Shown: piece after piece, positions 44,804 through 53,352 of the stretch
Layout of the letters: each line of letters starts with the position of its first letter
Numbering within the stretch: position 1 is the first letter of the stretch
From: a virus
Direction: 5' to 3' (one strand)
DNA: 64,000 nucleotides
IMG/VR virus record: IMGVR_UViG_3300049182_000124
Position numbers and translations under genes: made by a program
The notes under the pieces: generated by a model
Told to the model about the DNA's origin: nothing
What the model saw: only the letters and a program-made list of their open reading frames with translations
Databases searched by the model: none

Positions 44804-44895
44804 GACGCGCGTTTGACAAAGTGCGCACGGGCATCGCGCTCGCACAGGTCGTTGGAAGCCTGCTGGCCTGGGTGATCCTGGAGACTAGACGGTGA
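44800..44895 (+). CDS. 31-aa single-TM peptide
   Basis: MRRAFDKVRTGIALAQVVGSLLAWVILETRR*; GTGA coupling at both ends. Confidence 0.5.
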   Translation: MRRAFDKVRTGIALAQVVGSLLAWVILETRR

Positions 44896-45650
44896 TCGCC
44901 AGGTACCTCCCCGACAAGCTCACGCCGCTCACGCCAGCGCAAGCAATCGTGGCGCTTCGCAGGGCGTACGAGGCTGTTGAGGGAGAGCGCCCGTCGCCGG
45001 ATTGTCTCGCGATCCACACGGCACAGAGTGCACTTGAGGCGGCCCGGTGGAAGTCGCTGCACAACTTCTGCTTCACGAATGCCAAGGCGAGCGCGAGCTA
45101 TCCAGGGCTCTTCTCTTGCTACAAGTGCAACGAGAAGCTGAAGGATGGGTGGCACTGGTACGTGCCGGAGGGTGAGCTCGTCGGTGGCTTCGGTACAGCG
45201 CTGAAAGGAGCGCCGCTTCCAGTGCCCGACGGTCACCCACAGACGCGCTTCCGTGCCTTCACCAACATCAACGCGGGCGCTCTTGACCACATGCAGCTCG
45301 TGAGGCGTAAGTGGCCCGAAGCGTGGACGGCCGCGCGTGGCGGTGACGTTGCGGGATTCGTCCACGGTCTCAAGATGCGCAACTTCTTCACCGCCGATGA
45401 GGCTCCTTATCTCAAGGGTGTGGCCAGCTTGATGCGCGAGTTCCTGCCACTGGTGAACCAGTCGAGCGCGACGCCGCCTGAGCCGCCCCCAGACGACGAG
45501 CAGACGCGCTGCGAGGCGCTTGCGTGCGTCGCACCGGATCCGGATCGGTATCTCCACACCGAGGCAGTAATCGCCAGCATGAACAGCATGGGTGGCGTGT
45601 GGGATGCTATCCGCAACGAACGAAACGCCGCGATGCGTGAGCCTGACTGA
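44892..45650 (+). CDS. endolysin, GH73 glucosaminidase/FlgJ-like
   Basis: AQSALE (catalytic Glu), FRAF, FVHGLK...FFTAD..Y. Confidence 0.8.
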   Translation: MIARYLPDKLTPLTPAQAIVALRRAYEAVEGERPSPDCLAIHTAQSALEAARWKSLHNFCFTNAKASASYPGLFSCYKCNEKLKDGWHWYVPEGELVGGFGTALKGAPLPVPDGHPQTRFRAFTNINAGALDHMQLVRRKWPEAWTAARGGDVAGFVHGLKMRNFFTADEAPYLKGVASLMREFLPLVNQSSATPPEPPPDDEQTRCEALACVAPDPDRYLHTEAVIASMNSMGGVWDAIRNERNAAMREPD

Positions 45651-45696
45651 GCAGCTTCGAAAACTCCTGATTCTTGCATCGGCGGGGGCCAATCCA

Positions 45697-46653
45697 ATGA
45701 CCCCCATGAGCGCACTGGCTCTCGCCACCTACACCCGCCCACGCTTGCGACTGATCATGCCCGAAGACACCGACCGCGTGACTCCCACTGATATCGCTCC
45801 GCCGCCCAGCGTGGACGAAGTTCCAATCACGCAGCCGCCGGGCAAGCTGGAGACGATGCTGCCAGCGCGCACGCCGAGCGACTTCAAGGAGGTCGCGGTC
45901 AACGATGTCCTTGCTGCGCAGCGCCAACTCCAGCGGGGGCTCGACGACTTGCTTGGACCCGGCGGGAGACTCGAGGCCCAGACCGCAGCCATCGCCGCCG
46001 TTGTCGACAACGCGGCCGCCAAGTGGGACGGAACCTACCGGCTACTTGCCGGCGAGATGCAAACGTTTCGCCAGCAGGTTGAGGCCAAAGACCGCGAGCA
46101 AGACACCAAGCTCGAGCGCGTCATGAGCGAGCTGGTGGCGTTGCGAGCGCGCGTCGAGGTGCTTGAGCGCGAACGCGGAGGCGGACGCGAGCTCAGCGAG
46201 GTTAAGTCGCTGCTCACGGCGCTGTTCCTACGCATGGAGATGCAGGAGGCCAACGGGGCGCCCGCCAAGGCGACGCTTTCGGGTCGCGTGATCCTCGTCG
46301 TCGAAAACGAGGACTTACTCGTCCGTACGCTCAAGCGCGTCCTGGTCAGCCGTGGCGCTCAGGTACTCACCGCGCGCAACTTCGACGAGGTCCGCACCGA
46401 GCTCAGCTCCTCGGCAACCGACTGCGTGCTACTCGACATCCGACTCGAGGCCGACGACGGGATGGAGATCGCCAAGTGGTTGATCGCTCAGCGCGCACTG
46501 CCCAAGGAGAGGATATTGCTCCTGACCGGGCACGCCAACCCCGAGCACCAGGCGGCGGCCAAGCGACTCGGGCTCGTGGTCCTCGAGAAGCCGATCGCTG
46601 CCGCGGATTTGGTTGCCGCGATCCTGTCGAGCATCGAGACTCCCTCCAACTAA
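45697..46653 (+). CDS. coiled-coil + C-terminal response-regulator receiver (REC) protein; start uncertain (45697-45757)
   Basis: VILVVENE, VLLDIRL (phospho-Asp), GMEIA, LLTGH, EKPI: complete REC fold motifs at ~46285-46650. Confidence 0.85.
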   Translation: MTPMSALALATYTRPRLRLIMPEDTDRVTPTDIAPPPSVDEVPITQPPGKLETMLPARTPSDFKEVAVNDVLAAQRQLQRGLDDLLGPGGRLEAQTAAIAAVVDNAAAKWDGTYRLLAGEMQTFRQQVEAKDREQDTKLERVMSELVALRARVEVLERERGGGRELSEVKSLLTALFLRMEMQEANGAPAKATLSGRVILVVENEDLLVRTLKRVLVSRGAQVLTARNFDEVRTELSSSATDCVLLDIRLEADDGMEIAKWLIAQRALPKERILLLTGHANPEHQAAAKRLGLVVLEKPIAAADLVAAILSSIETPSN

Positions 46654-46662
46654 CGATCACCG

Positions 46663-47526
46663 ATGACCCCGCCCGCACCGGGAGACAAGCCGCCCGGGCC
46701 GCGACGCGTTCCCACCGACCCGCAAATCATCGACCTAGAGCCGGAGCCCGAGGTGCTGGCTCGCCGGCGGTTCGACCGCCCGCAACCTCGCAGGGCGACG
46801 ATGCCGGGGCTGGCGCCGGTTAGACTGCCGGGGGCGCCGGAGCTGCCGGCCGAGTTGGCCCCGACCAAACCGGCCCCGTCAGCCGCAAAGGCTGGCCCTA
46901 CGCTGCGCGTGACGCCCGCGTCGGGGCAAGACGTCGCCCGCGTTGAGCCACCAGCCAGCGGGCGCGCAGAGGCCCGCGAGGCCCTGCTCGAAAGCGAGCT
47001 GACGAAGGCGCGTGCGCAGGTCGCGGAGCTCGAGCGGCAGGCCCGCGTCCGCACCGAGTCGCAGGGCCCTGGCCCCTACCAGGCCCCCGTCGTCGCCCAG
47101 GAGCGCCCCACCAGCGCCCCCGAGAGCGCCGCTGGAGATGGGTCGACCAAGGCGCTACGGAGCGCACTGACCAAGCTCGTGCTGGCCCTGGCGGCGTTCC
47201 TGGCGCTCCTGGGCGTGCCGCTGACCGCCTACATCCAGTCGCTCACTGCCAAGATCGACCGCTCGACCGCGCAGGCCGCCCAGGCCAACGCGCGCGCCGA
47301 CGCCGTCGAGGCCAGGGCAGAGACCAAGATCAAAGAACAGGTGGCCTCCGACAAGGAGTTCAGGCAGTACCGAGCGAACACCCGCGAGGTGTGGCGGCTG
47401 CTCGGGGTCGAAATGCCGAAGACCGAGGGCGATCCGGACCCGAATGACCTGGAGCCCTACACGCCATTGTGCGCTCCGGGAAAGGTTTGCCCGGGGCCGC
47501 AGCTGATTCTCAGGCGGGCACCGTGA
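46663..47526 (+). CDS. Pro-rich/coiled-coil/TM/coiled-coil membrane protein (i-spanin-like candidate)
   Basis: Single TM KLVLALAAFLALLGVPL mid-protein, heptads on both sides, C-terminal CAPGKVC. Confidence 0.6.
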   Translation: MTPPAPGDKPPGPRRVPTDPQIIDLEPEPEVLARRRFDRPQPRRATMPGLAPVRLPGAPELPAELAPTKPAPSAAKAGPTLRVTPASGQDVARVEPPASGRAEAREALLESELTKARAQVAELERQARVRTESQGPGPYQAPVVAQERPTSAPESAAGDGSTKALRSALTKLVLALAAFLALLGVPLTAYIQSLTAKIDRSTAQAAQANARADAVEARAETKIKEQVASDKEFRQYRANTREVWRLLGVEMPKTEGDPDPNDLEPYTPLCAPGKVCPGPQLILRRAP

Positions 47527-47738
47527 CCCCTCGCCGCAAGCCCGCCGTCCACATCCAGGACGAGGCGCTACCCATCCTGGCGCTCTGCGGCGCCCGATGG
47601 GAGTTGACACAGCATGGCGGCCGCGTGGCGAGCTCGACTGAGCCACCGGTCGTGATCGACGAGGTCGGCAGTGTGAACGCTGTGACTTGTCGCACGTGCC
47701 TCGACGTGCATCGGCGGCGGCTGCGCGCCAAGAAGTAG
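47523..47738 (+). CDS. small H/C-motif protein, last late gene
   Basis: GTGA coupling; VHI...LCG...VTCRTCL. Confidence 0.65.
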   Translation: MTPRRKPAVHIQDEALPILALCGARWELTQHGGRVASSTEPPVVIDEVGSVNAVTCRTCLDVHRRRLRAKK

Positions 47739-47773
47739 CTCGCCTCACCTCTCCGGTAATTCCGGATACCTCA

Positions 47774-47805
47774 CCCCTGTCACCTCACGGTGGCGGGGGA
47801 TTTTT
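47774..47805 (+). terminator. intrinsic terminator of the late operon
   Basis: CCCCTGTCACC-TCAC-GGTGGCGGGGG 11-bp stem (two G-U pairs) then ATTTTT. Confidence 0.75.
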
Positions 47806-47902
47806 CGCGTTTTGTCAGCGCCAGCCCGACGCTCCACCCCGCTGGATCTGACGGGTCAAGGATTGCGGAGCGGGGCTGGCTCCTACCTATCGGGCGGGGG
47901 AG

Positions 47903-48730
47903 TCACCCAGTTGCGTACCGCTTGCGATCTTTTCCGTCAGTGAGGTGTTTCCAGCGCCGTCCCGTGACGGCTTGCCAAAGCGCTCCGTAACGGACGCCCA
48001 ATTCACGAGCAACCTCGGAGAGTCTCTCGCCGGCATCCCAGCGCTCGCGCGCCAGGAGGATCGTTGCGTCACTTAGAACGTGGTTGACTCGACTTTCTCC
48101 TGGTGCTCGGTTGCCGTTGCCGCGCCCCTTGGCAGCCATGTCGTCGGAGTTGTCTTGGGTGGTGCCCACGAATAGGTGGTCTGGCCGCACACAGGCACGG
48201 TTGTCGCACTTGTGGCAAACCAGTAGACCGGTAGGGATAATGCCAACGAACAGCTCGTACGACACGCGGTGCGCTGGTCTTCGTCTCGTGCTGCCGTAGC
48301 GTTCCGGATCCTTGATGCCTTTCCAGACCCAGCACGGTCCCAGCTCGGCACGGACAACTGGCCCGGCCTTGTTAACGCGAGACATGAAACGCTCCTCCGT
48401 GAGTGCGACTGAGCACCTTTTGCTGCAGTGCTTCACACGGCCGCGTCGCACATCGTTCAGCCAAGCTCGAAACTCTTTCTTGCAGACCGGACACACGCGC
48501 ATAGCGCTGCCCCAGCTCTGGAAGTGCGCCACTCTGGCGGCCTCCTTTTCGGCAGTCTTGAGCTTTTCGGCTGCGCGGCGAGCAATTGCGGCAGGCGTTG
48601 CCTTTTTAGCTCTCCTGTACGCTCGATAGCATTCGCGACAGGTCCCGCGCAGGCCGCTGCTATTGCAGGCGTCGCGAGCCATCTCCAGCACTGACTTGTC
48701 CTCACCGCACTTGTTGCAAGTTAATCCCAT
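47903..48730 (-). CDS. HNH (HNH_3) homing endonuclease with N-terminal Zn fingers and C-terminal HTH
   Basis: AHRVSYELF...VCHKCDNRACVRPDHLFVGTTQDNSDDM. Confidence 0.9.
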   Translation of the reverse strand: MGLTCNKCGEDKSVLEMARDACNSSGLRGTCRECYRAYRRAKKATPAAIARRAAEKLKTAEKEAARVAHFQSWGSAMRVCPVCKKEFRAWLNDVRRGRVKHCSKRCSVALTEERFMSRVNKAGPVVRAELGPCWVWKGIKDPERYGSTRRRPAHRVSYELFVGIIPTGLLVCHKCDNRACVRPDHLFVGTTQDNSDDMAAKGRGNGNRAPGESRVNHVLSDATILLARERWDAGERLSEVARELGVRYGALWQAVTGRRWKHLTDGKDRKRYATG

Positions 48731-48731
48731 G

Positions 48732-49157
48732 CTACCGCCCAAGCGCCCTTTCCAGCGCCTCTCGCACGAGAGTCGTCCGGGGTTCCCCGCGGCGTTTGCA
48801 GGCTTCGTCCAGCTCGCGCACGAGCGCGGCCGGCAACCAGAGCCCCTGCACGAGCTCTAGCCCGTTGGCCCGACGCTCGGCCGCTGTCAGGCTGCGACCA
48901 GACGGGCGCGGTTCCAGTTCGACAACGCGCGTGTCCGAGAGCGCCGCCCCCTCTCGCCGAATGAGCCGCAGCGCTTCGGCGGCAGCCCGCTTGCTCGTGA
49001 ATGTGCTAGCCGCGGCGTCCGTCTCGTTGGTCTGGTTCAGGGTTCCGGTGATGCCTGGGCGCCAGCCCGTGCCGGTGGCGTTCCCACCGCGATAGCCGCC
49101 GCTGGTCGCCACGAAACCGAACGTGCCACGAACCTGAACCTGGTAGCGGCGAGTCAC
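48732..49157 (-). CDS. protein with C-terminal ribbon-helix-helix DNA-binding domain
   Basis: LWLPAALVRELDEACKRRGEPRTTLVREALER. Confidence 0.7.
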   Translation of the reverse strand: MTRRYQVQVRGTFGFVATSGGYRGGNATGTGWRPGITGTLNQTNETDAAASTFTSKRAAAEALRLIRREGAALSDTRVVELEPRPSGRSLTAAERRANGLELVQGLWLPAALVRELDEACKRRGEPRTTLVREALERALGR

Positions 49158-49474
49158 GGTGCACCCACGCGGCGAGCGAGCTCGGTAGCGATGTCATCGA
49201 CGTACGCATTCTCCGCGTTCACGACAACTTGACGGTCGATGTCCCAGTACGCGCCCGAAACGTCGAGGACCATCTGCCCGGCGAGCCGATTCGAGATCTT
49301 CTCACCGTCGAGTGTGGCGGAGGAGATGTTTCCGGTCCCGTAGCGGTTGACCCGTAGCCCGAGCAGGTCCTCAGCCACCTGGCCCAGGTAGACGCGACGG
49401 CGTCCGGCTTTTTCCCAGAGTTTGCAGCCGTTGGCGAGCAGATAGCTGTCGGTGGCGCTCAGCGTCGTTTGCAT
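49154..49474 (-). CDS. conserved phage hypothetical protein
   Basis: WEKAGRRRVY...YGTGNISSATLDGEKISN motif; GTGA coupling to the RHH gene. Confidence 0.75.
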   Translation of the reverse strand: MQTTLSATDSYLLANGCKLWEKAGRRRVYLGQVAEDLLGLRVNRYGTGNISSATLDGEKISNRLAGQMVLDVSGAYWDIDRQVVVNAENAYVDDIATELARRVGAP

Positions 49475-49480
49475 ACCCAG

Positions 49481-49513
49481 ATGATAGCGCGCTGGTATAC
49501 CAGCGCAAGTCAA
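49481..49513 (-). promoter_or_regulatory. sigma70-like promoter with perfect 18-bp palindrome; probably leaderless transcript
   Basis: TTGACT/TTGCGC ... GCGCTGGTATACCAGCGC (49489-49506) ... TATCAT, 6 nt, ATG. Confidence 0.6.
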
Positions 49514-49715
49514 CGCTGTGTCGAAAGTCCGAATCCGGCAGAAAACATGCTGGTCCGTGACGTCGATTTGTTCGCGCTACCTAACCGGCTCCCGCTCTAC
49601 CGTCCAAACGCCTCCGTGCACCCGCTGCAGCATCGCCGCCTCGGTCCGCGCCCTCACCTCGGCGCCGACCCACGGGTGCGCGCCGGCCATGTGAGTGACC
49701 CGGGCTCGGTGTACG

Positions 49716-50198
49716 TCACTTGTCCTCGCTCCCCATAAACGCCGACGTCGTCATCCCGACCGGTCCTGGCGCCGGCGTTGGCGCCGCCTCCCGCTGCTCC
49801 GGCGGGAGCAGCAACCCAGCCTCGGCATCGGCTGCCAGCTGCGCTGCCCGCACTACGTCGCGGATTTGTTTGTTCGACGCATCGCCCTTGGTCACGTATT
49901 CCGTCCACACCCACGAGGTCTCCGTCGTGGCCGGCAACATCACGCGCACCGCCGCGGCTCGGTGACGCTGGCGCACCGGAGCGTGCTCGCCCTGTGCCCA
50001 CCTGACGGGCTGCTCGAGCTCGCGGACACGCTCGGCCAGGGCCAGCGCCGTCTCGCGCTGTATCGTCGCCTCGCGCACGAGGCCTGCGGGGTCTGCAATC
50101 GTCTCGAGGTTGATCACGTAGCGCCGGAGCGGTGCCGGGAGCGCGTTCACGGCTTCCGCGGTCGGCTGCCAATCATCCGGGATGTCGATACTGGGCAT
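49716..50198 (-). CDS. hypothetical protein
   Basis: GC3-rich ORF MPSIDIPDDW... Confidence 0.65.
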   Translation of the reverse strand: MPSIDIPDDWQPTAEAVNALPAPLRRYVINLETIADPAGLVREATIQRETALALAERVRELEQPVRWAQGEHAPVRQRHRAAAVRVMLPATTETSWVWTEYVTKGDASNKQIRDVVRAAQLAADAEAGLLLPPEQREAAPTPAPGPVGMTTSAFMGSEDK

Positions 50199-50234
50199 CC
50201 GGAGCTGTAGCACGTGAGGCGATTGGGCTCTGCT

Positions 50235-50501
50235 CTACCACACGTCCTCCGAAAAGAGCTTGCCGAGCCGCTCGCCCATCCCGCCCGGTTTGAGCTGACC
50301 GCACCGCTTGGCATGGGCAAACGCCGCCCCGCGCCTGGCGTACTGCTCGCCGTCGATCAGGAACCCCTGGTCGTCCTCACGGGCAGCGACGCTCTTGACG
50401 CCGGTCTGCTCGACAATGAGCCGGATCACGTCGTGGTGACGGTTCGGCGGCGGGAGCGAGTAGGTGACGCCCTGGAAGCGGATGGCGACGTGCGTGATCA
50501 T
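50235..50501 (-). CDS. conserved phage hypothetical protein
   Basis: ITHVAI...SLPPPNRHHDVIR...QGFL...LFSEDVW. Confidence 0.75.
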   Translation of the reverse strand: MITHVAIRFQGVTYSLPPPNRHHDVIRLIVEQTGVKSVAAREDDQGFLIDGEQYARRGAAFAHAKRCGQLKPGGMGERLGKLFSEDVW

Positions 50502-50572
50502 CGGCTCACCAATTCGCACAGCAGGTAGGCAATGAAGGCGGCGGACCAGGCGTGGACGAACCAGTGTCTCAC
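50498..50572 (-). CDS. 24-aa hydrophobic peptide
   Basis: MRHWFVHAWSAAFIAYLLCELVSR*; overlaps both neighbours by 4 nt. Confidence 0.45.
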   Translation of the reverse strand: MRHWFVHAWSAAFIAYLLCELVSR

Positions 50573-50700
50573 GTCCCCGGCTCCTCGCTCACGCCATCAT
50601 CCAAATCCGTCGCGTAGTACTCCTGCCAGCAGTCGTCGCAGACGTCCCCCTGGGTAGCCACCTCGGCTTCGCAGCGGTCGCAGAGAATGGGTTCGCTCAC
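50569..50700 (-). CDS. 43-aa CxxC...CxxC microprotein
   Basis: LCDRCE...VCDDCW; GTGA coupling. Confidence 0.6.
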   Translation of the reverse strand: MSEPILCDRCEAEVATQGDVCDDCWQEYYATDLDDGVSEEPGT

Positions 50701-50906
50701 GTCCTCGGCCCCTCGGGCTTGGTCAGTTTGCGAATCGCGCCGTAGAACGCCCCTTGCGGCGCGCACTCCTCGCACACGTAGAAGCGCTCGCCGTAGTCGT
50801 ATTCCCAGGCCGCCGGTCCCTGGCATTCGCAGCACTGGTGCGGTTGCGCAAGCCTCTGTGCCGTTGCGGCGTCAATCTCGCGGGCGCGGGCGAATAAATC
50901 GGTCAT
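50697..50906 (-). CDS. CxxC...CxxC microprotein
   Basis: CCECQ...VCEEC; ATGA coupling. Confidence 0.65.
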   Translation of the reverse strand: MTDLFARAREIDAATAQRLAQPHQCCECQGPAAWEYDYGERFYVCEECAPQGAFYGAIRKLTKPEGPRT

Positions 50907-50949
50907 GGCTCCTCGGGCTTGGTGGTGTAGGCGGGCTCCGCCGTGAGCT

Positions 50950-51279
50950 TCACTCGATGCGGACCAGCGTGGCCGTATCGCAGATAGCACCAGCCACGGT
51001 TCTTTCGGGCTTCCCGGAACGGAGAGCGTCGAGGGCGGAGCGGGCCTCCTTGTATCGGTCGACGCGGGCGCGCATTAGCATCGTGGTTGTGTCGACGTAG
51101 ACCTCGTCCGCCGCTTCCACGCACCGCCGGAGCGCCTCGAGCTCCTCTGTCGCAGCGATGAGGGCTTCGCGGTTGTTCCAGAGCCAGTCCTCCAAAGCCG
51201 AAACGCTGGTGTCGTAGCCGGTAGGGCTTGCGGCGCGGAGCAACCGCCTCCCATCGCTCACATCTAGCTTGTCTGTCAC
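50950..51279 (-). CDS. hypothetical protein
   Basis: Coupled ORF, 109 aa. Confidence 0.65.
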   Translation of the reverse strand: MTDKLDVSDGRRLLRAASPTGYDTSVSALEDWLWNNREALIAATEELEALRRCVEAADEVYVDTTTMLMRARVDRYKEARSALDALRSGKPERTVAGAICDTATLVRIE

Positions 51280-51674
51280 GTCGTCTCCTTCGCGCCGGTC
51301 GGCAGCAGGTTGAGCTTGCGGGCCAAGTCGATGGCGGCAGCCTGCGGGGTCGGTCCTTCGCCGTACCAGTAGGGACCGGTCGCATGTGTCCCGCCGTACA
51401 CGTGGGCCCGCATGCTGTAGCGCACAGGCGCGCCGTCGCTGCTCGCGAGCATTGCGCCGGTAACGTCACAGAATTCGCGCTGCCCCCAATCGTTCAGCGC
51501 CCTCCACGCCTCGTTCTCTGCCCGCGCCGACGCAAGCTCGGACTCGAGGCGAGCGACGCGCTCCTTCAGCAAGCGCGACCGTTCCGCTTGGTCCGATGGT
51601 TGTGAATACCAACACCAGCAACGGCCCTTGTCGTCGTAACCCATTCTGCAATCCGGGCAGGTCTCCTGGCTCAC
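51276..51674 (-). CDS. hypothetical protein with N-terminal CxxC...CxC and coiled coil
   Basis: TCPDC...RCWCW; coupled. Confidence 0.7.
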   Translation of the reverse strand: MSQETCPDCRMGYDDKGRCWCWYSQPSDQAERSRLLKERVARLESELASARAENEAWRALNDWGQREFCDVTGAMLASSDGAPVRYSMRAHVYGGTHATGPYWYGEGPTPQAAAIDLARKLNLLPTGAKETT

Positions 51675-51862
51675 CGCTCCTCCTCCCGGTGCCCCAGGTA
51701 GCGCAGCTGAGCCAGAATGACATCCAACGTCCGAGCTGTCATCGTTCCATTGATGTGCTCACGACGCGCATACCGAGCCGCGCGGTCAAGAACTGCAACA
51801 CTGGTGTTCCTCAGCGCCATCACTAATTTCACTGCGTCCACTTCGCATTTGTCAGCGCTCAC
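51671..51862 (-). CDS. hypothetical protein
   Basis: 63 aa, GTGA coupling on both sides. Confidence 0.55.
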   Translation of the reverse strand: MSADKCEVDAVKLVMALRNTSVAVLDRAARYARREHINGTMTARTLDVILAQLRYLGHREEER

Positions 51863-52674
51863 CGCTCCCCCTTTGCGCCGCGCTCCAGCCGCTCAAGAGC
51901 CGACGCTATCCGCTCGTACAGCTCCAGACCACGACGAGCGACGAGCACAGCCTCGGCACTGTTCGCCAGGAACTGGCTCTGGAAGTCCACAAGCGGCATC
52001 CCCTCCCCGCCGTCGAGTCGCGCTGTGGGGAGAGCGGGCTCTGTTGGTTTTGGCTCAACAACCCCGCGACCTCCGCACGTCCGACACCTAACCTGACTGG
52101 TGTTGCCGTCCTCGAAACAGGAGCCCTTGCAGTTCGGGCAGGTGGGTCTGCTGGGCCAGTGCTCCGCTGGCTTTGGCTCGGCGGGGGCGCCGCACCAGTC
52201 GCAACCAGAGCAAGGCGCTGCCCAGTGTCTCTCCCAGTTTGCATTCTCGGTCTTCACCCGCTCCAGCTCGGCTTGCGTGCGTCGCAATTCGCTGAGCGCC
52301 TCGCCCAGCTCAGCGGAAGCGGCATCGATACTAACGGAACGCTCCAGCTCAGCCCGCGCCGCCTCCAGCTGCCCCCGTAGCTCCTCGGCTTGGCGCTCGG
52401 CGACTTCGGCGCGCTTGGTGGCCACCAGTGCCGACCTCGCGTGCATGGCACAAGTCTGACCAGCGGCAAACTCCGGCAACGCGGCGAGGACGATAGCCCG
52501 CAACTCGGGGTCGGCGGAAAGCGCGGCGATGAGGTCGGCGGGCGTGGCATCGCGCTCGTCGGGCTCCGACCCGCCATAGTCGCCACAGGGCGACTCAAAC
52601 GACACCATGAGGTGACACACGCAACCGTCCCTTTCGAACGTGATCGCCTGCTCTGCCCCGCTGGGTTCGGTCAC
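51859..52674 (-). CDS. coiled-coil protein with DnaJ-like CxxCxG Zn motifs
   Basis: CSGCDWC, CPNCKG, CRTCGGRG; start GTG 52674 overlaps the previous stop. Confidence 0.7.
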   Translation of the reverse strand: MTEPSGAEQAITFERDGCVCHLMVSFESPCGDYGGSEPDERDATPADLIAALSADPELRAIVLAALPEFAAGQTCAMHARSALVATKRAEVAERQAEELRGQLEAARAELERSVSIDAASAELGEALSELRRTQAELERVKTENANWERHWAAPCSGCDWCGAPAEPKPAEHWPSRPTCPNCKGSCFEDGNTSQVRCRTCGGRGVVEPKPTEPALPTARLDGGEGMPLVDFQSQFLANSAEAVLVARRGLELYERIASALERLERGAKGER

Positions 52675-52895
52675 AGCGACTCCTCGAAGTGGGAACAGCG
52701 CTGGCAGTAACGAATGCCGTTTGAGCCGAGCATCTTTCCCTTGGTACAAACTGGGCACTTGCTGCGCGTGTTGTGCTCACGAATGTAACCGGTCATCTCG
52801 TTGCCGAGGATGGCGGCGATGCCGACCAGCGCAGCCAGCGTGCCCAATTTCTTGCGCTTCTCGCCTGTGCGGGCGGTGGGGGTTTCGGGTGTCAT
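52671..52895 (-). CDS. small TM + Zn-ribbon protein
   Basis: KLGTLAALVGIAAILG then CPVC...YCQRC. Confidence 0.6.
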   Translation of the reverse strand: MTPETPTARTGEKRKKLGTLAALVGIAAILGNEMTGYIREHNTRSKCPVCTKGKMLGSNGIRYCQRCSHFEESL

Positions 52896-53131
52896 GGTGA
52901 TACGTCCTCGGTGTCTTTCACGAGCTGCTGCCCAGCCTCGGTCAGGTGCCACGTGCGCATGCAGATACCATCGCGAAACTCGACCGCGTAACCGGCGCGC
53001 TCCAGCAACATCCAGAGTGCATCTTCCTCGGTTCCTTTGGCGGCGCAGTAGTGGTTTCGGTGCCAGCGCTGGCCAACGGCGTGCCGCATCATCTTCAGTT
53101 GTTTGGCGGAAACGGGAGGCGGGCTGCTCAT
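52892..53131 (-). CDS. small winged-helix-like protein
   Basis: RNHYC...LWMLLERAGY...WHLTEAG. Confidence 0.65.
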   Translation of the reverse strand: MSSPPPVSAKQLKMMRHAVGQRWHRNHYCAAKGTEEDALWMLLERAGYAVEFRDGICMRTWHLTEAGQQLVKDTEDVSP

Positions 53132-53352
53132 CGCGCTTTCGCCTTCTTGCGGGCCTTGGTGAGAGACGATGCCAAGGCACTCCAGTGCCGAGCTGACCTG
53201 TCATGCTCCTCCGCCTCGGCGTTGGCTCGGTCTTGGGCGAAGATGTTGCCACTGCTGGCGTGGTCTGCGGCGTCAGCGTGCGCGTTGTTTCGCTGCTTAC
53301 GGTGCCAGCGCGCGACATGGCGCAGGGTGAACGGGTCGAGCGTAATCCTCAC
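53128..53352 (-). CDS. hypothetical protein
   Basis: 74 aa, coupled. Confidence 0.6.
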   Translation of the reverse strand: MRITLDPFTLRHVARWHRKQRNNAHADAADHASSGNIFAQDRANAEAEEHDRSARHWSALASSLTKARKKAKAR

